Below, piece after piece: positions 1 through 12,662 of a stretch of DNA of 64,000 nucleotides. The position numbers and the translations under genes are program-made. The notes beneath the pieces were generated by a model. It did not search any database. It worked only from the letters and a program-made list of their open reading frames with translations, and had not been told where the DNA came from. Every line of letters starts with the position of its first letter. The first letter of the stretch is position 1. The stretch is from Camelus ferus (Eukaryota), in the NCBI RefSeq assembly GCF_009834535.1, contig NC_045696.1:74092001-74156000 (forward strand), written 5' to 3'.

Positions 1-99
1 TAACCAATCTTGTCCTAAGAGAGTAGGATCTTTGTTTTTGTTTTTTTATTTTATTTTTCTTTCCTTCCTGCCTCTTAACAACTTTCAATTGACCAACAG

Positions 100-870
100 C
101 CTTGCCCATTCAATTTCTGATATCTTTTAAAACTGCCCCCAACATCTGTCTCTGCTGCTGGTTCTCTAACTAGTGCTTTCATTACCTTTCAACTAAACTT
201 TGGTAATGCCCTCTGGATATCCTAACCCAATCTCCCAGTCCCCAGGCTACAATTCTAATTCATTCTCTACGTTGATGCCAGAATTAGTCATCTAAAACAC
301 AGGTCTGATAACATCATCATTTTAATGAAAAATCTTTGATGATTTCAGCAATTTTACAGCGTTGTTTCTGAATATCAGCATCACTCGAGTATTATAATGC
401 AGATTATTGGGTCACGTGGGGCTAGATTTCAGGAATCTGAGTTGTAATAAGCACTCCTGGGACATCACTATGTATGTTCAAGTTTGAGAACAACTCGCCC
501 ATAGGCTACAATTCATATTCCTTAGCACAAAAAACCCTAATGTACTTGCTTGGCAAATTCATATTTTGTCATTTTTTCATGTAGCCAGTGTTGTAGTCAC
601 ACTGAGCTGCTCACCACTCCTCAGACATACACAGGAAATCCTCTTCTGTTTTCTCTGTATATTCTGGTCTTTCAGCCTAGAATATGAGTTAACCTTTTAA
701 ACTCTCGTTAATCCTTTGAAGACCACCTTTTCCCTAAGATAATAAAACCTCATAGACGTTCCTGTGCGTTTTTGTATACTTTGTAATTGCAACAGGTAGA
801 ATTAACTGCCTACTTTTCCTCTGGTAGAACTCTGATTTTTCTATACTCTTAAGTCTCCTAGATCTAGATC
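100..870 (+). mobile_element. L2 LINE 3' fragment, interrupted by a MER5-like element
   Basis: L2-like text 'gatgccagaattagtcatctaaaacacaggtctgataacatcat'; L2-like sequence resumes after ~497. Confidence 0.55.
357..497 (+). mobile_element. MER5-like hAT-Charlie non-autonomous fossil
   Basis: 'aatgcagattattggg...ggaatctgagttgtaataagcactcctggga...agtttgagaacaactc' resembles the MER5A/B consensus and terminus. Confidence 0.55.
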
Positions 871-2484
871 TGTCCTCCAAGCCTTTTACTTTTCCTTCAT
901 GGTTTTCATCTCTTTGTGTTTTTTGCTCTGCTTGTGAAACATTTAGTCTAGCTGATCAATTACCATCTTCTAAAAAAATTTCTATTGACATTTTAAATTA
1001 AAAAATCATGTTAATGGGGGCACAATTAATAAGTTATAGGATTGTAATATGGATTAAATGTGATAATATATAAAAATAATTTAGCACGTAAGTAGCTATT
1101 GGTGATATGTGGTAGTTTTTAGTATTATGGTTTGTATACAGTAACTCTTCTTTGTGTTGTAAAAGCATGTTCTTTACATTTCCTTTCCCTTACAAACACA
1201 GGACAATGTCCAGCTCATGGATATGCTAACTGTATAATGCTTCAATTAATGAGCAAAGAAAGAAATAATGTTTCTGATTGAGATTGCTTCTGCCATTAGA
1301 CAAAGCTGTATGTACACTTGGAAAAATTTTAAACTGAAATAAACTTTCTTCCTATTCTATTTTCTCTTTCTCTTGAATCTCAAATTGTTTCTATTTTAAT
1401 CTCAGTTACTTCGACAACATGGATGACTAATTGGAAAAAGGCTGAATTTTAGAGACATACTATGGCTCGCTAGATACAGAACAGAAAAAATGTGCCATAT
1501 ATGATCCAAATAATAAAAAAGCCGTGGCTTTGGACATTGGTACCCTGCTCCTTTATTTCAGTGTATACTAAGTCAACTACATGTTACTGGCATAGTTTAC
1601 TATTATTGTCAAGTGTAAATATTGCCTTAACTCCAAGAAATTTGTTTCTTTGTGAAATACATAGGAAAACTTTTAAAATAACAGAATGATTCATTCTTCC
1701 TAGTTGAAAACATTTATTCAGTGACAAGGGCAGCATAAATTCAGACAAGTTTCTGAATCATACAGAATCAGTCAGAAAACATGGTAAATCTAACATTCTT
1801 TTCATGCAATAGGAAGCTGGAAGCATGGGTTCTATATTTTGAGGGGGGCTGCCTTGGGGGTCACAGATCATAGATCGGTCAAAACATTTATCTGTCTCTT
1901 GACTTAATCATCTATGTAATTGCTGAAAGAAATTTTTACAATTTCTTTTTTAATGTCTTTTCACTTTGAGAGTCTTCTATTTTTGTGGCCTTTAAAATGA
2001 AACCTCCAAGTATGCCATTTTTCTAGCAGCAATGTGTTAGCATGTTTTTTTTTTATTATTTTATCTTTTCAGTGTGAGGTGTTGTTTATATCTTTCTACA
2101 AGCTGAAAAAATTTCTTATGCCAGAAGTATGTCTTATATATTCATTGTTTTTGGAGACTATCCTTGATCTTCTTACACTAACTGCCATATTACCTACACT
2201 ACTTCTTAAACACATACCGTTTAAATTTTACAGCAAAAAAAAAATTTTTTTAACCTAGAACCTTAACTAATGGACTTTAGTTCAAACTCTGCTATTGAAA
2301 TCTAGAACTTTACTTTAAAAATTTGCTTAAAGATCTCATTTTTATGTTTAAATCTTTTCTATAAAATAGAATTAGGACATTGATTAATATAAAATACAAA
2401 ATTATAAAAAAAATATAAAATTTTTCCAAAATTAGATGATTGTTGAATGAATCAAACATAAATAAATTAATTTTGCCATCTACA

Positions 2485-3050
2485 TGAATTAATGTATTTA
2501 TTGGTTTGCCAAACATGAATTGAGTATTTACTATGTTATCAGGTACATTCTAATCTTTGAATGTACAGTTATCTATTGGATCTGGTCCACTTCCCAAAGA
2601 GAACTCATATTTTGGTTGAGGAAACAGTTGAACAAGTAATTCAGTATGGATGAGTATAATAATAGAGCCATGGACAGGTTCAGTGCTGGTAAAGAGGAAG
2701 AAATGATCAATTTTGTCTTGGGCTATGTAGAGGGTATCTGGTAGGTTTCATTGAGAAGATAATAGTTAAATTAAGACTTGAAAGATAGATAAGCATTCCT
2801 GGGTGGATAAAAGGTATGAAGTCATACAGATAGAAGGAAGAACATGCCCAAAGGCAAGAAGGGAAAAAACACATGGTACATTTTAGGGAATGTAAGTGGT
2901 TTAGTGTTTTTTGAGTATAAGATTTGAGGAAAGGAGTTACTGGAAATGAGCCTGTATTGATATAATAAAGCTAATTATGTGTGTAGATGATACACATTCT
3001 AAGGAATTTTCATTATAAGATTTACCTTTCAGGTAATCTAGCTATAGTGT
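2485..3050 (-). mobile_element. L2 fragment
   Basis: Antisense L2 text: 'ttgagtatttactatgttatcaggtac...agacttgaaagatag...gaagaacatgcccaaaggcaag'. Confidence 0.7.
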
Positions 3051-3754
3051 AGATAAACCCAAATACTAAAACAGTCTACTTCGGTTCACCAAGGTAGGAA
3101 CTGTATAAAAGCTAGGTAAAACAATGCAGATGCAATTGTTTGTTACTTATTTCCCATGGGTATTTTGGGAAATCATAAACTGTTCATGAATGCATAAATA
3201 AGGTCAGAGCAATTCATATACAGACAGTGAAATTACATTTAAGTTACAAGTAAAACTAAAATTATTAAGTATGAGAATGAGTAATTACAATACTAATTCA
3301 ATGATGAGACTGAAATAAATTTGGATTTAAAAGTTTTGATTTGGTAACAACAATACAAACTAACTGAAATAAGAAAACAGTCTACTGTTCCATTTATTTA
3401 TCATTCAAGAAACAGTTCAAGTGGATAATTAAAATTTGGCTGAGTCACAGTAATTTCATCCAAATAAGACAACTATGTAAACATTTGGAAAGTTGAAAGT
3501 ATTTTTATCTTTTCCTTAAGGTATGCTTCTTTAAGGGTTCAGGGAAATGAAAGATTATTTCTAGTTGGATAGGGCAGTATTTTAGAGTTGGGATTATAAA
3601 TTGTGGACATGTATTAGTGAGTTTGCAGACTTACAATAAATGAAATATATTCAGGAAAAATGGAGTAAATAGTTAGCAACTGACCAGAAATTTAGGCTGA
3701 TGGGATTTAATACTTTTCAATTTATTTCATAAAGTATGAGAAAGCAATAACTTT

Positions 3755-4260
3755 GTTAGCCATTACTCTTCAGATTGCAGTTATGGAAACATAAATAGCT
3801 CAAGCAAAAATGAAAATTTGTTGGCTTCCATTACTGAAGTGTCATGTATGGCTATATCCAAGGGTTCAAGCAATGTCTCTACTACTCTCTGTCTTACTCA
3901 CTGTTGGCTCCTTATAAAGGCAAGTCCTTTCCTGTTTCAGTGACAGCCAGCATTTTCAGACATATATGCCATTGTCTTAGCAACTTCTACAGAAAGAGAG
4001 CTTCTCTTTCACAATTATTTCAATACACTTCTCATGATTGGCTGTGTTTGCATTAACTGAGATTCCAGGCTCTTTCCTGAACTAATCACCATGGCTATTG
4101 GTTGAATCATGGGCCTGGTTCATATAGTCTCATGAAGTCCCTTGAAGTACTGAAGTAGGGCCAACCTGAGAAAATTATGTGAACTCAGAGTTGGGAAGCA
4201 GTTCCCCAAGTGGAAATCAAGTGGGTCCTGGTCTGGTAAATCCAATAGTTATCTATCATC
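3755..4260 (-). mobile_element. Old MaLR solo LTR (MLT1J/K/L-like)
   Basis: 'cagattgcagttatggaaac...agctcaagcaaaaatgaaaatttgttggct...agaaagagagcttctcttt...cctgaactaatcaccatgg' fits the old MLT1 pattern. Confidence 0.6.
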
Positions 4261-5289
4261 ATCATCTTACACTTTACTTTCTTAATTTTGAACTTGGTAT
4301 AATGGAACTACTGGTACTTTTTAATTTTATCAAAATTAACTAGAACAGGGAGCACTAAGATTTGTTCTTACTTGGCCAAACCTTACATATTAAGTTTTAT
4401 ATGTTTCAAAGTATACTTAAATGATTAGAATCACCCAGCTGTAATACTAGTAACTGCCAGCTCACTCTTGAACTCATGTTCCTGATACATTCATGGTCTG
4501 TAATGTAAGAGAACTACAGGAGGAAATTAGGTTCAGAGAGAAGACATGGTATAATGAGAAGGTAGTTTTATCACAAAATTCAAAAAATTAAATATTTACA
4601 TACAGCCCTGATTGATTCAAACAAATATTTTATAGTCCCTATATTTCCCTGTTCTCAAGAGGCCCAAAAACTAGTAGGAAAAAAAAATCAATGGATTAAA
4701 AGATAATTACAGTGTAATAAATATATTGTTGGAGGAGGCTCTGGGAACCCAGAGAAGTGGTGTTTTTCTAGGGTGTAAAATTGGATGTGAATGTTGTGGG
4801 CAGATGTGTCTGGGAAGAAAATGTGGTCTCTAAGAATTGTTGAAACATAATTTCAATGTCCTCTGATAATTTAAAAATGAGATTTCTTAACTGTTGAAAA
4901 GAGTAATAGCTAAAGAAAGAAGTAACCTAGGTTTCATTTCCTATAAATTGCTTTAGTGGAAATATATTCCACTGACCTCTCACAGTTTTCAGCTTATTAA
5001 TATTACAACTATCCTGTCCTCTGCGTTACTAGGCAAGGATGGAACTCTGGAATGGAGGAAGAACAAGAGAACCAGTAAATAATTTTTGAAAGAATGCTGT
5101 GAATAAGGGATTTCTTTTGAAGTTTCTCTGAGCATATTCAGCAAAGCCCTGGTTTTATTCATTAATAGAAAAAACTGCTTCACACAACTGTCTCTATCAG
5201 AGGACAGAGAGTCTCAATGGGAAGGAGAAGGGAAATATCAACCTGTGGGGGCCTACTCCTTTCCAGATGCCAGATTATGTGCTCCCTGG

Positions 5290-5410
5290 ACTCTGAGACA
5301 GTTGAGTTCTTGTCTCAGCTTGACCAGTGAGTCAGTCCATGGGTAGTCTTGGAGACTTATTCTTTCGTTTTCTCATCTGCGAAATGAAAATGATGTTTAT
5401 ATTTCTTACT
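5290..5410 (+). mobile_element. MIR fragment
   Basis: MIR core 'ttttctcatctgcgaaatgaaaatgat'. Confidence 0.5.
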
Positions 5411-6719
5411 TTAGCAAGCAAGAATGACTGCTTTCTTTCTCTTCCCTTCACCTTTTCCCTCCCTCCCTCCACTCCACCTTCCAGTCTCTCCTTTTTTCTA
5501 GAAACTTTTCATTAGAGCCCCCTAAATATGGCACTGTGATTAGTGCTGGGGATACAGAAATGAAAATGATATAGTTCTTTTTCTCAAGATCACAGGCAGT
5601 AGGGGAAACTGAATAGTGAAGAAAAAATGTCAGTATAGTACGATCTATGTTCTGGGAAGAAGGGAGAATGTTACCTCAGGCTGCTGGTAGCCTCTCAATA
5701 GCTGAGAAAAGAAAAATACCTGCTGGCAGCATATGCACAGACTTCCTTATAGAAATCAAACCTGAAGGGGAGTAAACAGCAGTTACTTTAACACATTAAA
5801 TTACTCAGTGAATCATGTCAGCCACATAGTACCCATCCACTGGACCTTTAGACCTTGTATGAGAGAAGTTCTTTTACCTGTCAGTAGTGCCACTGCTCTC
5901 CCTAACTAGTGCCGCTAATCTCTCTAACTATTCCACAACAGAGACCATGAGTTGCTGACATCCCAGGGCTCTGGTGAGGATTAAAAAATATATATATATA
6001 TTATATATATATAATATATATATGGAAACTATTCTTAAGTAAGTGATATTTTAAAAAATTCATTTACTATGTATTCAACAAAAACTTACTATGGACTTAC
6101 TTACTCTATGCAATGTGTTGGCTAAGCACTGAGAAACCATTGCAAATAATATACTTTTCTTATCCTAAGGAGTTTTAGGTCTAGAAAAAGGAAACAGTCA
6201 TGTGAAAAGATATAACAATACCATGTGTTAAGAGCAATAACAGGATGTTCTATTCAAGGTATCAAGGTGGCTCAGAAGAGGAGGTTTTCTTTTCTGGCAC
6301 ATCAGAGGGAACTTCACAATGGAGAAAAGTTTGGGTCTGGTCTGGAAAGAAGAGTAAAAGTTTGGTAAATGGATGTTGCAGTGAGTGAGTATGGGAATGG
6401 AAAAGACATTCTAGGCAATGGGGAAACTATGTGCAAAGATAGGAGAGCATGAAACAGTATGCTATTTGAGGAACTTAAACAGTTTACCCTGACTGAAACA
6501 CAAAGTACGTATAGGATGTTGAAGTTGAGAAAGTTGATAAGAAGGCCAGACACTGGGTTTCACATATCATACTGGGGAGACTAGATTTCTTGTTGTAGGC
6601 ATGTGGAACCATTGAGGGCTTCAAAACAGTGGAGTTATATATAATCAGATCAGTGTTTTAGGAAGATCAGCCTTGGAACAGTATGGATAATGTATCGGGA
6701 TAAGGACCATTAAGAAGTG

Positions 6720-7460
6720 ATTGCATTATTCACAATAACCAAGATAAGGAAACAACTTAAATGTCTGTTGACTGATGAATGGATAAAGAAAATATAGTCT
6801 ATACATACAATGGAATATTATTCGGCCTTAAAAAAGAAGGAAATCCTGCCATTTACAATAACATGGGTGAACCTGGAGGACCTTATGCTAAGTGAAATAA
6901 ACCAGACACAGAAAGGCAAATACTTCATGATTTCACTTATATGTGGACTCTAAAATAGACTAGTAGAATAAGCAAGTAGAAAGGTGGTTACCAGCAGCAG
7001 GGTAGAGGGGGAAGTGGGGAGGTGTTGGTCAAAGGGTACAAAGTTTCAGTTATGCAATTAGAGTAAATTCTGGAGATGTATGGCGAGGTGACTGTAGTTA
7101 ACAATGCTGTGTTGTAGACTTGAAATTTACTGAGATGGTACATCTTAAATGTTCTCACCCCAAAAAAGAAAGAAAAAAAGAAAGAAAAAGCAAGGAAGGA
7201 AGAACAGTACAAAGGAAGGAAGGAAGGGAAGAGAAGGGAGGGAAAGGAAGGAAGAAGGAAGGAAGGAAGGAAGGAAGGAAGGAAGGAAGGAAGGAAGGAA
7301 GGAAGGAAATGTAGCTATGTGAGATGATGGACATGTTAGCTTGATTGTGGTGATCATTTCACAGTGTATATGTATATCAAAACATCACGTTGTATACTTG
7401 TATACTTAAAAATATATAATTCCTATTTGTCAGTTATACCTCAGTTAAGTGGGAAAAAAA
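6720..7460 (+). mobile_element. 5'-truncated L1 (L1MA9-like 3' end)
   Basis: 'gatgaatggataaagaaaat...atggaatattattcggccttaaaaaagaaggaaatcctgcc...gtgttggtcaaagggtacaaagtttcagttat', followed by an A-rich tail. Confidence 0.9.
7161..7309 (+). repeat. Polypurine tract ending in a perfect (GGAA)13 at 7257-7308
   Basis: Read directly from the sequence. Confidence 0.95.
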
Positions 7461-8939
7461 ACAGTTCCATTAAAAGAGCAATAAAACAATAATAATTTCA
7501 TTATTAGATTAAAAATAAGAAATATGGAGAAGAGGGCAGGTTTGATGGGAGGAAGAGATGATGAATTTAATATTGTATATGCTGAATTTGAAACAGCACT
7601 AGAGGTCTGGTGATCAAAAGTATGATCTGGCTTAGAGCTATATTTTGGAATCCATAGGCACATAGAAGCTCTCAATATAATTTCCTTTTCTTTTTAAAAA
7701 ATGTCTTTTGCTCTGAAGTGATATGAATTATAAAGGACATCTCTAAAATCTACTAAATAACTTATAGCAATTCCTACTTAGAAAAAAATGGATTATGTTT
7801 GTGTTGGCAAACACTTGCCCAGAAAATGCTTATATCTGAAAATAAGCCAATCTATCTCTTCTCTTCTAATACCACACAGTGTTGTTCCCTGTAGATATAA
7901 GAGGATGTTATAATGGTAGAATGGAAAGAGTATGGACCAAGAAGCAATCCATTTGTATATGGAAAGAGAACAAAAACCTCTCAGCACAATGCAATCATTT
8001 TATGTACTTGGTTTCTTTTTCCTCATAACAGAGTAATCATCAGTTACTCTGGGCACCAGAAAACATACCTCTATTCTCTTTTAAAAGGTCAAATGTTGTG
8101 TCCATTATATGGACTTTTCCTCACACCCAGACTTTAAGTAGTAGTTGTTTCAAATTCATACTATAAAAAAAGCATAGGTAAATGATATTTCATCATAACC
8201 TTTTTTTCCCTTGTTTTTCTCCCTTTAAAAATAAAACCAAGTAAATGTATTTTGTATAATAGGAATTCTCTCATTGCCTGAGACGATCAATACTAGAATT
8301 TTGTTTGATGAAAAGAAACTACAGAGAACGAGAGTATAACAGTTTCCCATTTGCATATATTTTTTCTAAAAATATTTCACAGTTTAATCTTGTAACAACT
8401 TGTTAAGTAGGCAAGGAAGATGCTATTATTCCTGTTTTGCAGATACTTAACTTCCTACAGATTTAGCGATTTTTCAAAACCAGTGACTTGGAGACTGGGG
8501 ACTAGGGTGCACGAGAGGTACTGTAGAACTCTAGCAAATAACAAAAATTATGAAATTTAAATTGTGCATTAAAAATACACAATTTCCCTAACAGTAAAAT
8601 GGAGTTCAACAAAAGATGTCTAAAGTCCTGTTTATATTAACGTCTATCAATTATTCCAGAAAAAAGTGCTGTATTCACTCTATGCACTATTCCTGTTGCC
8701 CAGAAATTTAGTGGATCATTTCAGGCCATCATGTATATTGGGCCAGTATTTATTCCAGAGACAAGGATCAAGAATCTCTCATTAATTTCATAATTCCCTG
8801 TATTACTAGTTTTTTAGATAAATGTTTGCTTTGTACTAGAATGAACATTATTGTTGATAATTTATGTTTTATGTGAAGCTACTCCCAAGCATTATTTGAG
8901 GTGACTGAGTAACCATAGCCTGCGTTAACTGAGGTCCTG

Positions 8940-9140
8940 CTCTATCCCAGGACGTGTGGGCTCTGCATGTGCTTTGTAATTTAATGTTCCAGCAATGCTG
9001 TAAGAGAAGCAATAGGAGTGTTCTCATTACCCTCATTTTACAGACTAGGACGTTTAGGCACAACGGAATTAAGTCACGATGAAGAAAGCTAAGGATTAAA
9101 TTCCTATACAGGTCTAGTGAACTCCAAAATCCACCTACTA
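8940..9140 (-). mobile_element. MIR
   Basis: 'attaccctcattttacagactagga...ggtctagtgaactccaaaatcc'. Confidence 0.6.
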
Positions 9141-9474
9141 TGGAGTCCCTCCAGCATAAAACACACATGAAATATGAGGGAAAACAGAAGAAAAGCTTTT
9201 AGAAGGAGGATATGGATAACAATAACTTAGTTGCTACAAGTATTCACTATATCCAGCTCCGATTTCCTAACAAAGCAAAAGATATGAAAGTGTTTGGGTT
9301 GGAAACAATCAGACAAGTAGAAATATATATTCATTTTCTATTAACAGTGAATTTTTAGAAGTATTTTTGTTATACCTCTGTATGATAAAGATAGTGAATA
9401 AAAAAATGGTCTACATCTTTTATAAAAGATTTTGCAAAAGACACAGATGTCTTCTTCAAATGAATGAGTATCTT

Positions 9475-10330
9475 GCTTGAGATTTACCAGACTTCTTGGG
9501 TTGGTGGTTTGCTGTTTTTGATCAAATATTAGATTGCTTTTAGTCAGTATTTCTTCAAATATTTTTCTGCCCCCTTTTCACTATCCTTGCTTTCTGGAAC
9601 TATACTTTCATATATTTTTAGATGGCTTGATAATGCCTCATATGTCACTGAATTTTTTTGTTGTCTTTGTTGTTGTTTTTCCTTCTCTTTGTGCGTCTGT
9701 TTAGGTAGTTTCTACTCACCCCTGCCAAGTTCACCAGTCTTTTCTTCTGCTGTATCCAATCTACCATTAATCTTTTCAATACATCTTTATTTTATTTTAT
9801 GTAAAAGTATATGTTTTCAGTTCTTGAATTTTTCCCATTCTCTCCTGAAATCCCCCAGTTCCTTTCCTACTATAGTATTTTTTAAATTTATATGTGTTAA
9901 CATACTAATCATAGTTATTTTAAAGTCCTTATCTGCTAATTGAAACTTCTGGGTTTTCTGTGGATCTCCTTTTAGTGACTGATTTTTCTTTGGTCTATGT
10001 GTCACATTTTTCTATTTATTCACATATGTAGATTTTTTTGTCATAAACTATATTTAATAGATGATATATTTTTAAAAAACACTGATTTTTGACAGCTTCC
10101 TCTCAAGAGTGGGTATTTGTTATAGCAACAGATAACTTGAAAGCTTTATGCTTTCTTCATGAGGGTGTTTACATTTTGCCCTTCACTTTAGGGAAAATAT
10201 TTTAGTTCTAGATCTTAATTTGTATTCCTAAGATGTGGTCATTGTGGGATATCAGTGGAAAACCAAGGGGCTTACCAAGCCTGTATAACTGGCAGAACTC
10301 AAATTCCAAACTGTCTCCCCTGTAGTGGGT
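9475..10330 (-). mobile_element. Ancient L1 (L1M/L1ME-type) ORF1-region fragment
   Basis: ORF 9817-10005(-) 'KTQKFQLADKDFKITMISML...ELGDFRREWEKFKN' resembles the L1 ORF1p N-terminus; also 'tatttcttcaaatatttttctgcccc'. Confidence 0.7.
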
Positions 10331-10829
10331 AGAAATGGAAATATCTGCTGATACTACCATACCTACCTTTAAACCTAGGACAGAATGTCCAAGTGAGCAT
10401 TCTGTGCTTATCGTGTCCAGATCATGTGCTGGTGAAATTTCTACTTTCCCTTCCAAACTGGGTCAGATGTGACCACCCGAGTTGCTCCACAGAAGTGTTT
10501 TTCCTTAATACGCTCCTGAGAACTGAAGGTAGACAATGGTGATCTTGAAGTAGAAAATACAAAACTAACTTTTCCTATTTGTCCAGTCCCTGGATATACT
10601 TCAAGTCTGCCAGACAGCCAACTGCAATCAACTCTAATTTTCCATATTCATTTATCATCTTGTCTACTGCTTTCCTTAGAGGCTCCCATAAACTTTTGGG
10701 GAAGCTGAAGTCAGACTATGCCCCCAGAAACTTTTCAGTTTATCTTCTCCTGAGAACCTTGTTCTAATTGTGGTGGCAGTACTGACTTTTCCTATGAACA
10801 GGATTTATTCTTGTGATTAATTTGTCAAC

Positions 10830-11095
10830 ATGGAATAAAATATGTCTAAGGCTACATACATGGGTGACAAAATGATAAAGAAACACAAAAGAATGATTAA
10901 CATAAAAGAGTGGTAAACTCTATAGGGGAAAGAGAAGAGTATGATTAAGGAGGGTCTCACAAAGGACTCCTGACATGTTGGTAAAATTCTTTTTCTTAAT
11001 CTGGATATTTGGTTATTCATTGTATTATGATCCTTTAAAATATACATAACCATTTCATGCACACTTCTGTGTACATTTCATAATTTTTAAACAAG
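10830..11095 (+). mobile_element. L1ME-type 3' UTR fragment
   Basis: 'gttggtaaaattctttttcttaatctggat...catttcatgcacacttctgtgtacatttc'. Confidence 0.6.
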
Positions 11096-11304
11096 AGGTA
11101 CAACTTAGTACAATTTAAAAAAGACAAAAGAAAGGAAGAGACAAAATGAGATGTTAGAAAATGATTTCTACTTTTACATTTCTGTTTTACGTAGGGAGAC
11201 TGATGTGCTGTTTTCAGAAGATGCTTGCTCAACAAATAGTTAATGATGATGATGTTCAAAGATGCAATTAATTAAAATAATGTCCTTTCTATGGAAATAA
11301 AAAG

Positions 11305-11536
11305 CAAAAGTTTAGAGCCTGACTCACCAAGGTTTATATCCTACCTCTGACAAATTCTAGTAGTGTGATTTGAGGCAGATTATTTCATCTCTCCAAGGCT
11401 CAGTTTCCTCAAGGATAAAGTGAGGATAAAAGTAACTACTTCACAGAGCTGTTGTTAGAAATGATGAGTTAGCATATGTAAAGTACTTGCTAGCACAACA
11501 TCTGGTACATAGTAGGTCCTCCATAAATATGTCAGC
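11305..11536 (+). mobile_element. MIR (near full length)
   Basis: 'tgtgatttgaggcagattatttcatctctccaaggctcagtttcctc...tctggtacatagtaggtcctccataaat'. Confidence 0.8.
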
Positions 11537-12409
11537 CAACCCCCTAGCCTCAAATTTATTTACTTGAGTATTGGACAAGTAGAGGCAGAATCAAATCCAG
11601 AGCCAATTTAAATTCTTCATATTAATTATGAGAGGCTTTTTCAGCTCAGGTTTCTTGGAACTTCGTTTTTATTCTAGAGCCAAAAATTACTCATGGTATC
11701 CATTGTTATTACACATTCAATTGCTTTATCTTTCAATATCCTTAAAATTCAGTGCCTAGATACTTTCTCTGTTACTGAAGCACATGAAAATGGAGGATAG
11801 GGAAAAAAAAAAGAAAGAAAATAGAGGGTAGGAGCCATTCATAGAGAAGATGCAAATTGAATGAAAACAAATGAACTGTGAAAAGAGGACCCACAGGAAG
11901 ATTGTACAAAGTCCTCCCTGTTTTAATGATTAACATGGTAGAATTTTCTTGTATTAATCAGCAGCATCCCAAGAATAAGAAGTGCTTCACATGAAGAAGC
12001 ACTTAGCCCTAAGACATATTACTCTACCTAGGATGAATTTTTTATGAACACAGAAATTATTTTCCACAGGCTAGCAAAGGCATTTAAAGATAGTTGGAAA
12101 AATTTCTCTGGACTTTTTTCTAAAGCTAAATTTATACAAAAACATTTTAAAAACCATATAAGAAATAAGCAGTTTTTGTTAATGAAGTTATCACTCCTAA
12201 TTAAACCTGACACAAAACAACCTCTTCCCTACTCTGGACAGTCTATTTTTTGGTTTTGTTTTCTAATCTTTCATCACAAGCAGTGCTTTTTCATGGTGCA
12301 GAGGTTCATACCCATATCGCTTACACAAACACAAAATAGTAATCTAGAGACAGCACATTCCTATGTTGAAGCAATTATTTTGCTATTATCAGTGCAATAA
12401 AGGGTCGAA

Positions 12410-12662
12410 ATGTTAAGAGTATAAGATTTGAGAGTTAGGCAGACTGAAGTCCTGGAATAAGAGAAGTGGGCCTTGAAATTAAACAGACCCAACTTTGAGT
12501 CCAGGCCCAGTCATTCTCTAGCTCTACCATCTAAAGAACTAAAGAAGCTATTTAATCTCTCTCAGCATCAGTGTTCTTTTTAGTAAAGTACCATGTCATT
12601 TATCTTCATAGAGTTACTGTGGGATTAAATGAGAAAGCATTTGTGAAGGGCCTAACACCGTG
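12410..12662 (+). mobile_element. MIR
   Basis: 'aacagacccaactttgagtccaggcccagtcattctctagct...gttactgtgggattaaatgagaaagcatttgtgaagggcct'. Confidence 0.7.

Larger units (their letters stand above)
6060..7670 (-). mobile_element. L2 fragment split by the L1 at 6720-7460
   Basis: Antisense L2 text at 6060-6715, resuming at ~7510-7670 ('gatgatgaatttaatattgtatatgctgaatttga'). Confidence 0.7.

Noticed and set aside
5885..5930. 22-bp imperfect tandem duplication (tagtgccactgctctccctaac / tagtgccgctaatctctctaac)
   Set aside because: Two copies with no spacers: ordinary slippage, not CRISPR-like.
5992..6023. 32-nt perfect AT palindrome
   Set aside because: A trivial consequence of an interrupted (AT)n microsatellite.
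7120..7357. ORFs with RKEG / PSFL repeats
   Set aside because: These are translations of the GGAA microsatellite.
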